Below are positions 50,006-60,379 of a stretch of 64,000 nt of DNA, piece after piece. Origin of the DNA: an uncultured Rhabdochlamydiaceae bacterium (GTDB lineage Bacteria > Chlamydiota > Chlamydiia > Chlamydiales > Rhabdochlamydiaceae); the NCBI GenBank assembly GCA_963712275.1, contig CAVQHD010000001.1, forward strand, positions 768,001 to 832,000, written 5' to 3'. The position numbers and the translations under genes are program-made. The notes under the pieces are model-generated. The model was not told the DNA's origin. It saw only the letters and a list, made by a program, of their open reading frames with translations, and made no database searches. Each line of letters starts with the position of its first letter. Position 1 is the first letter of the stretch.

Positions 50006-50466
50006 TACACCAAATCATTATTCAAGAGCGCGTTCCTGTTGGTATGTTCATGGACGAAGGTGATGTGGCCGATGATTGGAAGGCTATAAAAAACCACGTT
50101 ATTGATTCTAGAGCCCCTTTGGTTTCTGATCGACCTGCCCCGAATAGAAAGTGGCTTAATAAAGATAAATTTGCCAGGAACATATGTAATGCCAATCGGT
50201 TTAAAACTTGGTCGAGAGGAGGTCATCCCCCAGACAATGAACTAACCAGAGAGGAGTTGATTGATCGCAAGGTAGAAGTCCTCACGAACCAGATTATGTT
50301 TGGAAAGGAAAGTTACCAAAGTTCACGTAGGGATATGCCTCATTTTAATTTCTACGATGTTTCAGATGACGAAAGCCAAGGGAGGTTCAAATGGCTGCTG
50401 TGACTTTGCAAGGCGTAATTCAAGCAATTCAGAATCAAATCCCCGCTTTAGGAAGGGATCCATTTA

Positions 50467-50820
50467 CTATCGATCAAACGACCATTTCTTCGCATCTGCT
50501 TCACTGAGCCTGAACGAATAGTATTTTTGGGCGGTTTCTGAAGCGACACCCTTTTGATACAAAAGAAAGGCTCTATGATCCGCATCGGGTAATGACAAAC
50601 GGCTTTCTTGAGAAAGATCGGTGTACCGTTTTGCCGCATGTTCTTGAAGTGTTTGTTGAGTAACGCTGCTCATATCAGAATTTTTAGTCATTTGCTGCAT
50701 AACTTCTGAAATAACCACGCATTTTGGATCTGTGGCTGCGGTCTCTATTTTTGGGAAAAGTCCTTTAGGAGTTAGATCTAGACTAACGTCAGTAGTAGCA
50801 CTGCTCATATTGCACCTCAT
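50467..50820 (-). CDS. Hypothetical protein
   Basis: ORF with SD GAGG before MSSATT. Confidence 0.45.
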   Translation of the reverse strand: MRCNMSSATTDVSLDLTPKGLFPKIETAATDPKCVVISEVMQQMTKNSDMSSVTQQTLQEHAAKRYTDLSQESRLSLPDADHRAFLLYQKGVASETAQKYYSFRLSEADAKKWSFDR

Positions 50821-50999
50821 GAAAATGTTAAGAGGCAGAATTCTATCACTAGGAAAAGGGTAGTGTCAATTTAAAGAAATTCCTCTCTGTTTTTATAAAG
50901 ATCCTGACAGCTCGCTGGGTAAGAGAGGATAGTCTCGGAAGTTTTGATAGTGATAGTTTTGGACCTTTTGAACCTTTCGCGAACCACACTATTTCAAAT

Positions 51000-51371
51000 T
51001 TACTTGCCGAGGGCGGCGACTCTAGCATTAGAGGGGGAATCGCCAATCATAGTGCTGCCATGACCATGATGAGAAGAGGGGGTAATTTTGATGTAGATGT
51101 CTTGGCCAAGATCGTTGAGGAATCGGAATAGGCGTTCCATAGAGAAACTCTTCAAATAGCCTCGGAGCAGTAAAGAGACTTTAGGTTGAGCGATCTTGAG
51201 GATTGCAGCAACGCGTTTTTGAGTCAGTTTATGCTTTTTGATGATTTTAGCAATTTCCCAAGCAAGCTGAGCTTTGGCTAGAGCTTCCTCTGGATTGGCA
51301 AGCCCCAAATCAGCAAATACGTTGCCTGAGCCAATTTCGTATTCAATGCTGTCCTGTTTCTTTTTTTTCAT
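51000..51371 (-). CDS. XRE/HTH antitoxin (HigA-like)
   Basis: GSGNVFADLGL, LTQKRVAAILKIAQPKVS, FSMERLFRFL. Confidence 0.88.
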   Translation of the reverse strand: MKKKKQDSIEYEIGSGNVFADLGLANPEEALAKAQLAWEIAKIIKKHKLTQKRVAAILKIAQPKVSLLLRGYLKSFSMERLFRFLNDLGQDIYIKITPSSHHGHGSTMIGDSPSNARVAALGK

Positions 51372-51715
51372 TCTATTTCCTTCAGAAACTCTTTTGCTTC
51401 TGCCAAACGCTTTTTTACTAATTCTATTTCTTGCTGAGGGGTGGCAATCCCGCTCTTCGATTTCTTTTGGAAGGCATGCAACACGGCTATGCATTCTTTA
51501 AATTCCACCGTATACACGACTCGAAATGTTCCGTTCGAGTCATTTTCTATAATCTCTCGAACTTTTGCGTTTCCAAATCCCTTTAAGACCTTGGAAGAAG
51601 GAGGCGTTTCGCCCTCTTGAACGCCCCATAGGGCAAATCCTACGGATCGCTGCACTCTTTCAGGGAAGTGTTTTAAGTCGGCCTTGCTGCGCCCGATCCA
51701 GACGATTTGCTTCAC
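51368..51715 (-). CDS. RelE/ParE-family toxin (HigB/Gp49-like)
   Basis: GTFRVVY, VLHAFQKKSKSG; upstream of and overlapping the antitoxin. Confidence 0.9.
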   Translation of the reverse strand: MKQIVWIGRSKADLKHFPERVQRSVGFALWGVQEGETPPSSKVLKGFGNAKVREIIENDSNGTFRVVYTVEFKECIAVLHAFQKKSKSGIATPQQEIELVKKRLAEAKEFLKEIE

Positions 51716-51998
51716 ACTGTTCCAATAACTTCATTTCTTAAGCTCAACTATACCCATTTGGGAATATTTTTGGCAAGGGCTAATGGGACATAGGTGGGAC
51801 AGCAAACTTCAAAAGCTGCCAGTCTAAAATAATATCTATCAATTAAAATTGGTCATCAACCTACTGATTATTAGTTTGATAGTGGTTAAGATAGGTGGAG
51901 AATGGTTGGATCGGGTCTGACTTAAGATCCCCTCCGTTAATAGCGGGTGCAGGTTCGACTCCTGTTCCGAGCAAATTCATAATCAATGAGTTATGGAG

Positions 51999-52030
51999 AA
52001 GGCTCCGAGAAATTCGGAGCCTTAGTTTTT
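51999..52030 (+). terminator. Hairpin/terminator downstream of the last tRNA fragment
   Basis: AAGGCTCCGA-GAAAT-TCGGAGCCTT then T-rich. Confidence 0.6.
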
Positions 52031-52123
52031 CCAAATGCTCCACCAGACAACTAAAAATGACTCAAAAGATATTCCATTTCGAGGTCTTTTTTCATTAAAT
52101 ATGGAGGATTGATTGCCGATATC

Positions 52124-52153
52124 GATCATTTTGTGGGCGCCCACAAAATGATC
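52124..52153. repeat. Perfect 30-bp palindrome homologous to the dinD internal palindrome
   Basis: GATCATTTTGTGGGCGCCCACAAAATGATC. Confidence 0.9.
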
Positions 52154-52166
52154 TGTGATGCCCCAT

Positions 52167-52586
52167 CTACTCAACACTATCAGAAGAGGTCAATCCCGTC
52201 GCATCTTTGGGATCAAACTCCAGAACAGGTTGAGAGATTTTAACTCTCTTCTTTACGTTTCTAATAGGTTCGGCAGGAGCAATGTTTTCAGGAAGAGTCC
52301 CACCTAGTTCCTCGATCGCTGAACGCACCTTTTTCCCCACGATTTCGTGAGTTTCCATAGCGTCTCTTGGGTTTTTGATGTTTTCTCGTTTAAGCTTTTC
52401 CCGGGTTTGAGACATGCGGAATTGATTGGCGATCAGTTCAGTCGTATCCATGCGATCCATCAGGTTCTCTTTGGGTAAGATGCCCTTGCGAGCTTTAATG
52501 GCGTCGACTCCAAGGCCACCATAGAGCCCCTTATACCCAGCATCATGGAAAAGGCCAAACATCTTATCTTGGACTCCAGCATTCTG
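52167..52586 (-). pseudogene. dinD: C-terminal half of a second dinD copy
   Basis: AGVQDKMFGLFHDAGYKGLYGG... closely similar to the C-half of 62445-63332. Confidence 0.85.
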
Positions 52587-54240
52587 AAGGCTTAAGTTGT
52601 TCCTGTAAGGATATAAGAGAAATATCGTGCAACATTTGAATTATAGCAGTATAAGCCTTCGGCTGCTCTTGTGGACTCGTAACTTGGGTGAATTGAAGAG
52701 CTCTTCCTGATGTTTCAACAATAGCCTGAAGCTGGGTAATGGCAAAGTTTTTGTGATTTTCAATCAACCCCTGTAAAGCTCTTGCTGCTACTTTCTGGAC
52801 TTTACAATCTCGATCACTCAAAAAGTCTACAAAAACTGCAAAAAGAGGCTGAATTTGTCCGGGATTGATAGCTCCACTTATTCTATTAAGAGCACGTGCA
52901 ATAGCGTGACGAACGTCATAATCATAAAGAGTACGACCTTTTATTAAAATATTTAAAACATTGCCAGTAACTGCTGATCCAGCTACAAAACCAATCTCCC
53001 CTAAGGCCCAAGCAGCAGCAATTTGAACCTCATACATGTGATGTGCGTCAGACCAGGGAAGATTCTGCTGCTGGCTCAAGAGGATTCTTTCTAATTCTCG
53101 AATAATTTGGTTTTTTTGATTTGGATCTAAAAGAGATCCTAATTTTCCTAAGGCTTCTGCTGCATGCCTTGCCAGTTGATAATTTCTGTTAGTACAAAGG
53201 ATTTGCAAGGTCTGCATTAGGCTTGGAATCTCTTTCAGTGGGATAACATCCGAACGCCGATGGGCAACTTCTCCAAGCATCCAAACGATAGTATACGATC
53301 CTTCACCCGTAATAATAGAAGATATTAGTTGCTCTACACTTTCCCTTATTGGATTTAGTATTAAACCCTCAACAGCCGCCTCAGAGATAGAAGAGATCTT
53401 AGCATCAACATTAATATCACCGAAATCTAAAGCTTCCTCTATTAAAAAACGAATAAGTTCATCATCGGGGAAGCATTTAGACAAATTCGATAAGGCATTG
53501 CCTAATATCTCGAAACTGAGCAAGATGTGTCCAAGGGATAATTTACGCTGTCTATCCTTTTCGTTATTCCAAGCATTTTTAAGACTTTTGGCAATCAATT
53601 CTAAAGTGTTTCTACTTGTCTGGTTTTGGTTGTGTCGACCAATAGTTAAGATTATAGCCCCAACAGTCCTCAATAAATTATCACCACAGCGAATAGTCAT
53701 CTCGTTCCTAATCGAGTAGATTGGCATGGTTATACTGGTTTGTGAGATAATAACTTCTGTAAGATCTGGATTAACAATTTCTTCAAGATCTTGAAGGAGG
53801 ACAGGAATCAAAAAATGTATATCCGTTTCAAGGAGTGCTACAACAATCTCTAACGTATTTTGAGTCCCTAGTTCTTCATCGCCTAAGAAATTCATGGTGG
53901 TTGAGAGCATTGCTTTAATTTGACTTGGGGTCATTAATGGAATCAAAGTTTTGAAGCTTGTCATGCAAGAACGAAGGATTTCCAATGGACATTCATCATC
54001 TTGGATTATTTTTATAAATGCATCTCCAATCATTGGAGCCAATCGGGATTCAGTTCTGGCAATTTCTTCAAGAGTTACAATGGAACGAGTTCTTTCAGTA
54101 ATATCTCCCTTTTTTAGAAGTTCTAATAGCCGATCTAGATTTGGGGCTAGAGGCCTATTTATCCCTCCAGCATTGAGTGGCCCTCGAAAAACAGGAGGTT
54201 GTTGTGTATTTGAAAAATTCCCTGGCTGAACGTTGTTCAT
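52564..54240 (-). CDS. HEAT-repeat protein, probably 3'-truncated
   Basis: ARHAAEALGKLG, VQIAAAWALGEIG, VRHAIARAL, VQKVAARAL. Confidence 0.75.
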   Translation of the reverse strand: MNNVQPGNFSNTQQPPVFRGPLNAGGINRPLAPNLDRLLELLKKGDITERTRSIVTLEEIARTESRLAPMIGDAFIKIIQDDECPLEILRSCMTSFKTLIPLMTPSQIKAMLSTTMNFLGDEELGTQNTLEIVVALLETDIHFLIPVLLQDLEEIVNPDLTEVIISQTSITMPIYSIRNEMTIRCGDNLLRTVGAIILTIGRHNQNQTSRNTLELIAKSLKNAWNNEKDRQRKLSLGHILLSFEILGNALSNLSKCFPDDELIRFLIEEALDFGDINVDAKISSISEAAVEGLILNPIRESVEQLISSIITGEGSYTIVWMLGEVAHRRSDVIPLKEIPSLMQTLQILCTNRNYQLARHAAEALGKLGSLLDPNQKNQIIRELERILLSQQQNLPWSDAHHMYEVQIAAAWALGEIGFVAGSAVTGNVLNILIKGRTLYDYDVRHAIARALNRISGAINPGQIQPLFAVFVDFLSDRDCKVQKVAARALQGLIENHKNFAITQLQAIVETSGRALQFTQVTSPQEQPKAYTAIIQMLHDISLISLQEQLKPSECWSPR

Positions 54241-54356
54241 GCTCTACCTCCAAATAAGTTCTAGATTTTTACGTTAACGAATCGCCTAGAGACTCAGGAG
54301 AATATATTATAAAAGATTTTATTCATAGGAGCTTCCGAAAAAAATGATGATATAGC

Positions 54357-54467
54357 GAGGCAATTGCAAAACTAGCGCAAAAGAGATGCTTTTTCGGGGG
54401 TTGGCTCGCAAAAATATATTTTATTCCCGAAAAATCACCTCTTTTGCGCTAGTTTTGCAATTGCCTC
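54357..54467. repeat. Miniature palindromic element family B, intergenic copy
   Basis: GAGGCAATTGCAAAACTAGCGCAAAAGAG...CTCTTTTGCGCTAGTTTTGCAATTGCCTC. Confidence 0.85.
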
Positions 54468-54988
54468 AAAATTGAGAAGTTTTTCCCAAATCCTCCCCAC
54501 TTCCTCACAACTCTTAGCAACACAAGAAACCAATAAGGGTTTTTTGAAAAAGAGCGTTCAAAAAAGCTTTTGCGCAAGCTACTTTTCTTAAAAATTATTG
54601 CTGAACTGGATAAATCCTAGCATCTTTATTGTGAACTACTTAAGCTCTTAATCCAACGATTAAATAGAACCAGGAATGTCAGAGATGGTTGATATTTTCT
54701 AACAACTCAGATAACTTATGGTTCATAAGTGGATCGGGAGTTCCCGATCGGCGTCTGGCCTCGGCGATTGCTGGGGTTTTTCGCTTTCTAGGGGGTAGCA
54801 TCTAAGTCCAATGCCATCATAGTTGGGGTATCTCAGCAGTTTTTCTTCGACAATATAAAGGCCTGATTCGGTTGATTTCTCTTAATCACATGTCTTGCAA
54901 ATTGGACGGCAGCCAGCTTATAGAAGTCTTCCCCAATTCCTCCTCACTTTCTGTCGCTGTCTTGGCATCTAACGGATAGAATTTTAGT

Positions 54989-55950
54989 TCACTTGAGAAC
55001 AAATTTCTTTTGAGGATCGAAGGCATGGGTGGATATTTCAGAAACAAGGCCCTCTTCGACCATTTTCTTCAGGCGAACCCTTGCTGCACGATCCGAGATT
55101 TTCCAAAAACTGGCAGCGTCTTTCGTGGTGATTTCTTTTCGTTTCCCAATTAAATCCATTAGGTCTTTTCTCCATCCGCGAACAATCAGTACGGCTTCCC
55201 TACGGTTGAATAGAGTGACACGGAAGAAATGGCCTAACTCTTCAAACTTCGGAATAGCTATTCCCGATTTTTGGCATTGAGAAATCATACGCTTCAGGCC
55301 AGATCCCCATAACTCGATCAATTCTAGTTCTCGAAAGCAACGACCAATGACTCTGTTTCTCAGTTGAGAGACTCCTTGAAGGGCGTCTTCCATATTGAGA
55401 CCAAAAGGTAGGGCTCCTGGATTGGTGATCTCGATTCGGTCATCGAAAATGGCGACCTGAGTTTGGCTCCCGGCAGCACTGTAGTCCGTGTGGATCAAAG
55501 CATTGGTAACGGCCTCTTTCACCACGACGGGTGGATATTCTGCGATGTTCTTTCGGATTGATGGGCCAATTTCGGCTCCTAACTTAGTATTGCGTTGCAC
55601 AAACGATATAATTTTATCCAAAGTGAGCGGGAGATAGTCGTCGATATCTTGATGATCCAAGACTTCATCTCTGGTTGTTCCTAAGAATCGAACGCAGCGA
55701 ATGGTCGCATGAGGAAAGATTTCCGTTCGGTTTTTGCCAAATAGCAGGATAGCCCCTTTGCTTGGGATCGATTTGGATTGTTTTTTCAGGTACAAATGAA
55801 GAGAAAAGGCTTTGGATTCTTCGAATTTCTTGCCCACTTTTTTAAAGCACGCCTTTATGGCATCGAGGTCGAGATCTTCGATTGAGCAGTCAGTGGTTGG
55901 CATCTCATCAAAGCACTCATTCTCTCCCAACCTTTTCAGCTCTGCTAAAG
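54989..55950 (-). pseudogene. 5'-truncated AlbA_2/HATPase_c_4 'RecG-like' gene
   Basis: KEAVTNALIHTDY, DDRIEITNPG, GSGLKRM; N-terminal AlbA domain missing. Confidence 0.7.
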
Positions 55951-55954
55951 ACGT

Positions 55955-56313
55955 CCATCGAATATGCCTCTTCTTGGGGATTAGAGAACATTTGGGATCG
56001 AATCTTTATGCTCTCTAGTTCCTTGCGTGCCAAGCTTTCTTCCATTCCTCGTGTGATCATTCGAGATTTAGGTGAGAAAAAATGCGGCATTGTTACCTTT
56101 ACTATCGAAGGAATGGATGCAGAAACAATCTCGCAGAAACTACGTCAAAAAGGCATCAACACTTCAGTCTCTCTTGCCGAGTACGCTCGGATCGACTTGG
56201 AGGAAAGGGGATTGGCAAGCCTCGTGCGTTCTTCAATCCATTACTACAATACAGAAGAAGAAATCGAGCGATTTTGTGAGGAAGTTGCTAAAAATACAAT
56301 AGTTAAAATTTAG
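55955..56313 (+). pseudogene. C-terminal fragment of class V aminotransferase/cysteine desulfurase-like gene
   Basis: IEYASSWGLENI, KCGIVTF, LVRSSIHYYNTEEEIERF. Confidence 0.75.
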
Positions 56314-56388
56314 AGGGAGTTTTGCGAGCTCTCTCTTTATTGTTATTGAAAATTTCCTCCAGTGTACTGCCTTCGTGCAACCTGAATA

Positions 56389-57714
56389 TCACAACACACC
56401 TTTCAAACTAAAACGAGGAAATAGGCTTATCGCATAGAGAGGGTAATTAATAATGGCCGCTTCATGCGCAAAATTGCGCAAGGTGGCTCTGGATAAGATG
56501 GGGGGCGGATTTTCTTCTTGAGAAAATTTTTGTTGATAGACGAGTAAGCTTTTTTTTTGTTTTGAAATATCTGCTTTGACTTCTAAAGGGAAGATAAGCT
56601 GCTTGGTTGAAATAATAAAATCGACCTCTGCAATTCCTTCACTTGCCCAATAGTAGAGATGATCGAAATATTGGTCGTGCAATTCTACTGCAACATAATT
56701 TTCTGTGAGACATCCTTTAAATTCTTGGAATAACTGGTTTCCCTCTAAAAGTACTCGTGGGTCCAGTTTGCTCATCGCTCCAAGAAGACCCACGTCCAAC
56801 ATGTAAACTTTAAAAGCCCGCTTATCAGCGTAGGCATCTAATGGAAGTTTTGGTGTCGATAGGAGGCTTGCTTTAAGAAGCAACCCAGCATCTTTTAACC
56901 ATTGAATTGCAGTCTCATAATTTTTAGCTCTTGCGCTTTCTCGAACAGCTGAAAAAATAAATTTCTTATTTTCTTTGGCAAGCTGTCTTGGAATCGATTC
57001 CCAAACAGCCATGATTTTCATCACTTCGTCTTCTGGAGCGTGTTTAGCAAAATCCAATGTATACGCATCCAAAATTTCTTTCTGAACTATTCTAACATCC
57101 TGCAAGTTCTCATTTTTGAGATAAGTTGCTACCGCCTCTGGCATCCCTCCAATAATAAAATAGTACTTTAAGAGTTTGATGAGCTTTTCATGGAAAATTT
57201 CAGAAATTGCCTTCGGTTTTTCAAGCTCTTGGATCAATTTTCTTAAAGAACTCTCTCCAAGGGCGTCTAGAAATTCAAAAAAAGTGAGTGGTGCCAAATC
57301 TAGAAAGTTCACTTTTCCTACGGGGAATCCCTGACCTAGTTTAACCCCTAATAATGAACCTGCAGTAGCGACATGATATTCATTCTTTTTTTCACAAAAG
57401 TATTTTAGGCTGTTTAGAGCTTCAGGACACTCTTGGATCTCATCGAAGATAATTAAGGTTTTCTCTGGTAAAATCGGCCGCTTAAAGTAAATCCCTAGCT
57501 CCTTAATGATTCTCTCAGGATTTAGATTTTCAGTGAAAAAACTGGCAAAATGGGGCTCTTCATCAAAGTTCAGATAGATGTGATCGTCGTATTCTTTGGC
57601 AAAACTGGTTAAAAGATATGTTTTGCCCACCTGCCGGGCGCCTTTTAAAATCAATGGCTTGCGCAAATCCGATGCTTTCCACTTCAGCAACTTTTTATAA
57701 AAATCTCTTTCCAT
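56389..57714 (-). CDS. AAA_14 ATPase with DUF4143 domain
   Basis: GARQVGKT, FDEIQ, TAGSLLG, GGMPEAV, EVDF...PLEVK. Confidence 0.9.
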   Translation of the reverse strand: MERDFYKKLLKWKASDLRKPLILKGARQVGKTYLLTSFAKEYDDHIYLNFDEEPHFASFFTENLNPERIIKELGIYFKRPILPEKTLIIFDEIQECPEALNSLKYFCEKKNEYHVATAGSLLGVKLGQGFPVGKVNFLDLAPLTFFEFLDALGESSLRKLIQELEKPKAISEIFHEKLIKLLKYYFIIGGMPEAVATYLKNENLQDVRIVQKEILDAYTLDFAKHAPEDEVMKIMAVWESIPRQLAKENKKFIFSAVRESARAKNYETAIQWLKDAGLLLKASLLSTPKLPLDAYADKRAFKVYMLDVGLLGAMSKLDPRVLLEGNQLFQEFKGCLTENYVAVELHDQYFDHLYYWASEGIAEVDFIISTKQLIFPLEVKADISKQKKSLLVYQQKFSQEENPPPILSRATLRNFAHEAAIINYPLYAISLFPRFSLKGVL

Positions 57715-57851
57715 AACCTTAGTTTAGCACGCTCTGTAGAAAAAGTCATTTATAAAAGTGTAATTTTTTGCAAAAAGCGAATGTCTTTTTGGGATATTGG
57801 ACAAAATAGGCAACTAAACGATCATGAATACATATGGTTTGTTGGCTGAAT

Positions 57852-59498
57852 TCACTCAGAAATGCGAGCTCCCTCTATATACTGAGGAACCTGTTTTAGC
57901 TCCCCTAAGTCGTAAGAGATGTCTTTTTGAATGGATTCTTTTGCATCTATAACAGAAAGAGTTACGGCCGTTCCATCTCTGTTAAATTCAAGTATCTTTG
58001 AGCCATTTAAAAGCCCTGCCTGAAAGGGAATATTTCCATGTTGGATCCCTTCTATAATTCCTGTAGCAAGAGACTTCCGAAGATTGAATCCAATATAGTC
58101 TTCCCATTTTAAAGAGTAGTCAGAACCAAGCGCATCATGAAAAACTGGAATACTCTTTCCGCCGTTTATAAAGTTTTTAATAGCATAGAGTTCTTCTTGC
58201 CCAATATAGCTTGTGAGGAGATTGGATAAGTCATCAAGAGAGAAAGGCTTGCCTGTTCGATTTGTTAATTCTAATAGGTCATACATGAAATTGTCCAAGC
58301 TGAGCCCTTCTGATTCCGACTGGATTTTCGTATCAAGGTAAAAAGCCAATGCGAACCCTCTATCATAAGGTAGTTGTGCTATGCTTGGGTCAGTCCAAAA
58401 ATCCTTTACAATGGTATCATTAGACGCGTTATGAACAGGAGATGAAAAATAATTTGTCAGAATCTTATTAATATGATCGACATAATCATTTTGCGAAATA
58501 ATTCCATTTTTATGATTTAGCTTAACTGCGTAGTATTCTGTAAATCCTTCCGAAAACCAATACATGGAACCTTCTGGTTCTGAGGAGCTTATCTTATGAC
58601 CAATCCATGTGTGAAAATGTTCATGACTTATCAACCATGCTAAGTGTTTTAAGTATTCATCTTTGGAAAACCTTGTGTCTCCTAAAAACAATGAAAAAGT
58701 ATTTGTTAGGGCAGTTCCTCCGGTAGAATTCTTGGTGTCAATAGGAATGACAGAGACCAAGTAGTAAGGAAACTCGTAGTCATTCCAAAAGTCTCTTTGA
58801 GAGGTAAATATTTGTTCAATTAAAGTTGCAAATTCATCTGTAGAAAAGGGCCATTCTCCTCGAATAGCAATATACACAGGGTTTGTGCCGCGATTGCACT
58901 CTAGAATCTGAAAATCTCCTGCTAAAAAAGCTGCTTGCCGTAAATCATAAGGAGAATATGATATTTCTTGTGTAACTTGTTCTGTCCCAAAGCTATTTGC
59001 TATTTTCCAATCTTGAGGAACATCCTTCCATTTTAGGGTAATAGCCGTTTTTGAATCCTGTTCGGACGGGATGACAAACATTCCATGTCCAATTGCATAA
59101 AAATACGAATGATTACCTATGGGTCGAAAATAAGTTTCATGGCAAATATTCTCAGAGAGAAGTTGGATGCTATAACGAATAGTAATTAAGTCGTCTGGAT
59201 TGTGATGAATGGTTTTGATGTGGGATTGATTTGTATTCTTAATCGGGTGTTCAGCACAACTTAATTCGTCAATGTTTTTGTGTAATTCTAATTGATTTGC
59301 CCATTCATGAGGCAATACCAGTTCAGTTATGCCAGTTTTGTTGCCTTGAAATTCGCACTCGACTAGCAATTTATTATTTGAAATCTCTTTGAAGGAAAAA
59401 GAGTAGCTAATGTGCTTTGAAGAGTCCCCTGAGAAGCCTTGGAGTGGAAGAATCGCCATTAGCAATAAAATAATTAGAGGGGATATCATTCTTGGCAT
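57852..59498 (-). CDS. Secreted zinc metallopeptidase (M61/M1-like)
   Basis: Signal peptide, SHEHFHTW (HExxH), WFSEGFTEYY. Confidence 0.85.
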   Translation of the reverse strand: MPRMISPLIILLLMAILPLQGFSGDSSKHISYSFSFKEISNNKLLVECEFQGNKTGITELVLPHEWANQLELHKNIDELSCAEHPIKNTNQSHIKTIHHNPDDLITIRYSIQLLSENICHETYFRPIGNHSYFYAIGHGMFVIPSEQDSKTAITLKWKDVPQDWKIANSFGTEQVTQEISYSPYDLRQAAFLAGDFQILECNRGTNPVYIAIRGEWPFSTDEFATLIEQIFTSQRDFWNDYEFPYYLVSVIPIDTKNSTGGTALTNTFSLFLGDTRFSKDEYLKHLAWLISHEHFHTWIGHKISSSEPEGSMYWFSEGFTEYYAVKLNHKNGIISQNDYVDHINKILTNYFSSPVHNASNDTIVKDFWTDPSIAQLPYDRGFALAFYLDTKIQSESEGLSLDNFMYDLLELTNRTGKPFSLDDLSNLLTSYIGQEELYAIKNFINGGKSIPVFHDALGSDYSLKWEDYIGFNLRKSLATGIIEGIQHGNIPFQAGLLNGSKILEFNRDGTAVTLSVIDAKESIQKDISYDLGELKQVPQYIEGARISE

Positions 59499-59578
59499 AG
59501 AGCCACCCTTATTCGGTTTCGATTGGCATATCCTATCAGATGGGGATATTGGACAACAGAGACAACCAATTTGAGATT

Positions 59579-60319
59579 TTAATTTAGTAATTTTGCCAAT
59601 GTTCCTTGATAATCAAGCAGAGGGTTGGTTTTGCACAATTGAGAGATTTTTTCTTGAGCCGTAGGATCTTCTCCTGCGATGAAATCTAAACATTTCCATG
59701 CGGCAAGCCTCAGAACAAATTGTTTCTGCTTTTCTTTTGGCCAGCTATGCAGCACGTCTAGAAATTCACTCTCATCTGGTAATTCAGATTGTCCTGTCAA
59801 CTCTTTAAGCAATTTAGAGAGGGCTTGTCTGTTATTCCATTCATAAGTAAAAAAGAGAAGTTCGGGATCAGAATTCAAAAAAGCCATAGGCTGGCTAAGG
59901 AAAAGCTTATCACCTGTAGCGAGAAATGAAATAATCATTAAATCAAAATCATGGCCCGTTTTGAATTCTAGATGATCAAGTCTAGAAAGAGGCATAATTG
60001 GGTAGATTTCGTTTCCTTGCACTCTTGGATCTTGAACTCCCATAATTGAAAAAGCCTGTAAAAAGACAGTTTGTTCTTGGGAGGAGAGATGAGCAAAATC
60101 TCGGGCAAAGGACTCGATATAGTCAGGATGGATCTTGATGATTTGTGCAATGAAAGTAGTCGCTAAGGATAAACCAAATGGCCTGTCTTCTTCTGAGGCT
60201 TGGTCAATCTTCTGTGCTTGAAGCCATTGATGAGCTGCTTCAGGGCTTGGACTTTGGTAAAAAGGATCGGCATTCAAATAAATTGCATAAACGCAAAAGA
60301 GAAGAAAATATTTTTTCAT
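59579..60319 (-). CDS. Hypothetical secreted protein
   Basis: Signal-like MKKYFLLFCVYAIYLNA. Confidence 0.65.
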   Translation of the reverse strand: MKKYFLLFCVYAIYLNADPFYQSPSPEAAHQWLQAQKIDQASEEDRPFGLSLATTFIAQIIKIHPDYIESFARDFAHLSSQEQTVFLQAFSIMGVQDPRVQGNEIYPIMPLSRLDHLEFKTGHDFDLMIISFLATGDKLFLSQPMAFLNSDPELLFFTYEWNNRQALSKLLKELTGQSELPDESEFLDVLHSWPKEKQKQFVLRLAAWKCLDFIAGEDPTAQEKISQLCKTNPLLDYQGTLAKLLN

Positions 60320-60379
60320 AAGGTTTTTCGAGACAAAATATAGAGTAGATAAGCAAAGCATTCAGATCAATGATTTTCT

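Larger units (their letters stand above)
49400..51974 (+). mobile_element. Degraded integrative element 2 between tRNA-Leu 3' fragments
   Basis: Third copy of the tRNA 3' half at 51919-51974 (one mismatch); no integrase remains. Confidence 0.75.

Noticed and set aside
49801..50403. 200-aa ORF as a frameshifted continuation of the transposase
   Set aside because: No DDE-like motifs recognised; more likely an unrelated gene fragment joined by deletion
51861..52098. Short ORFs on both strands
   Set aside because: They overlap the tRNA fragment and hairpin; probably spurious
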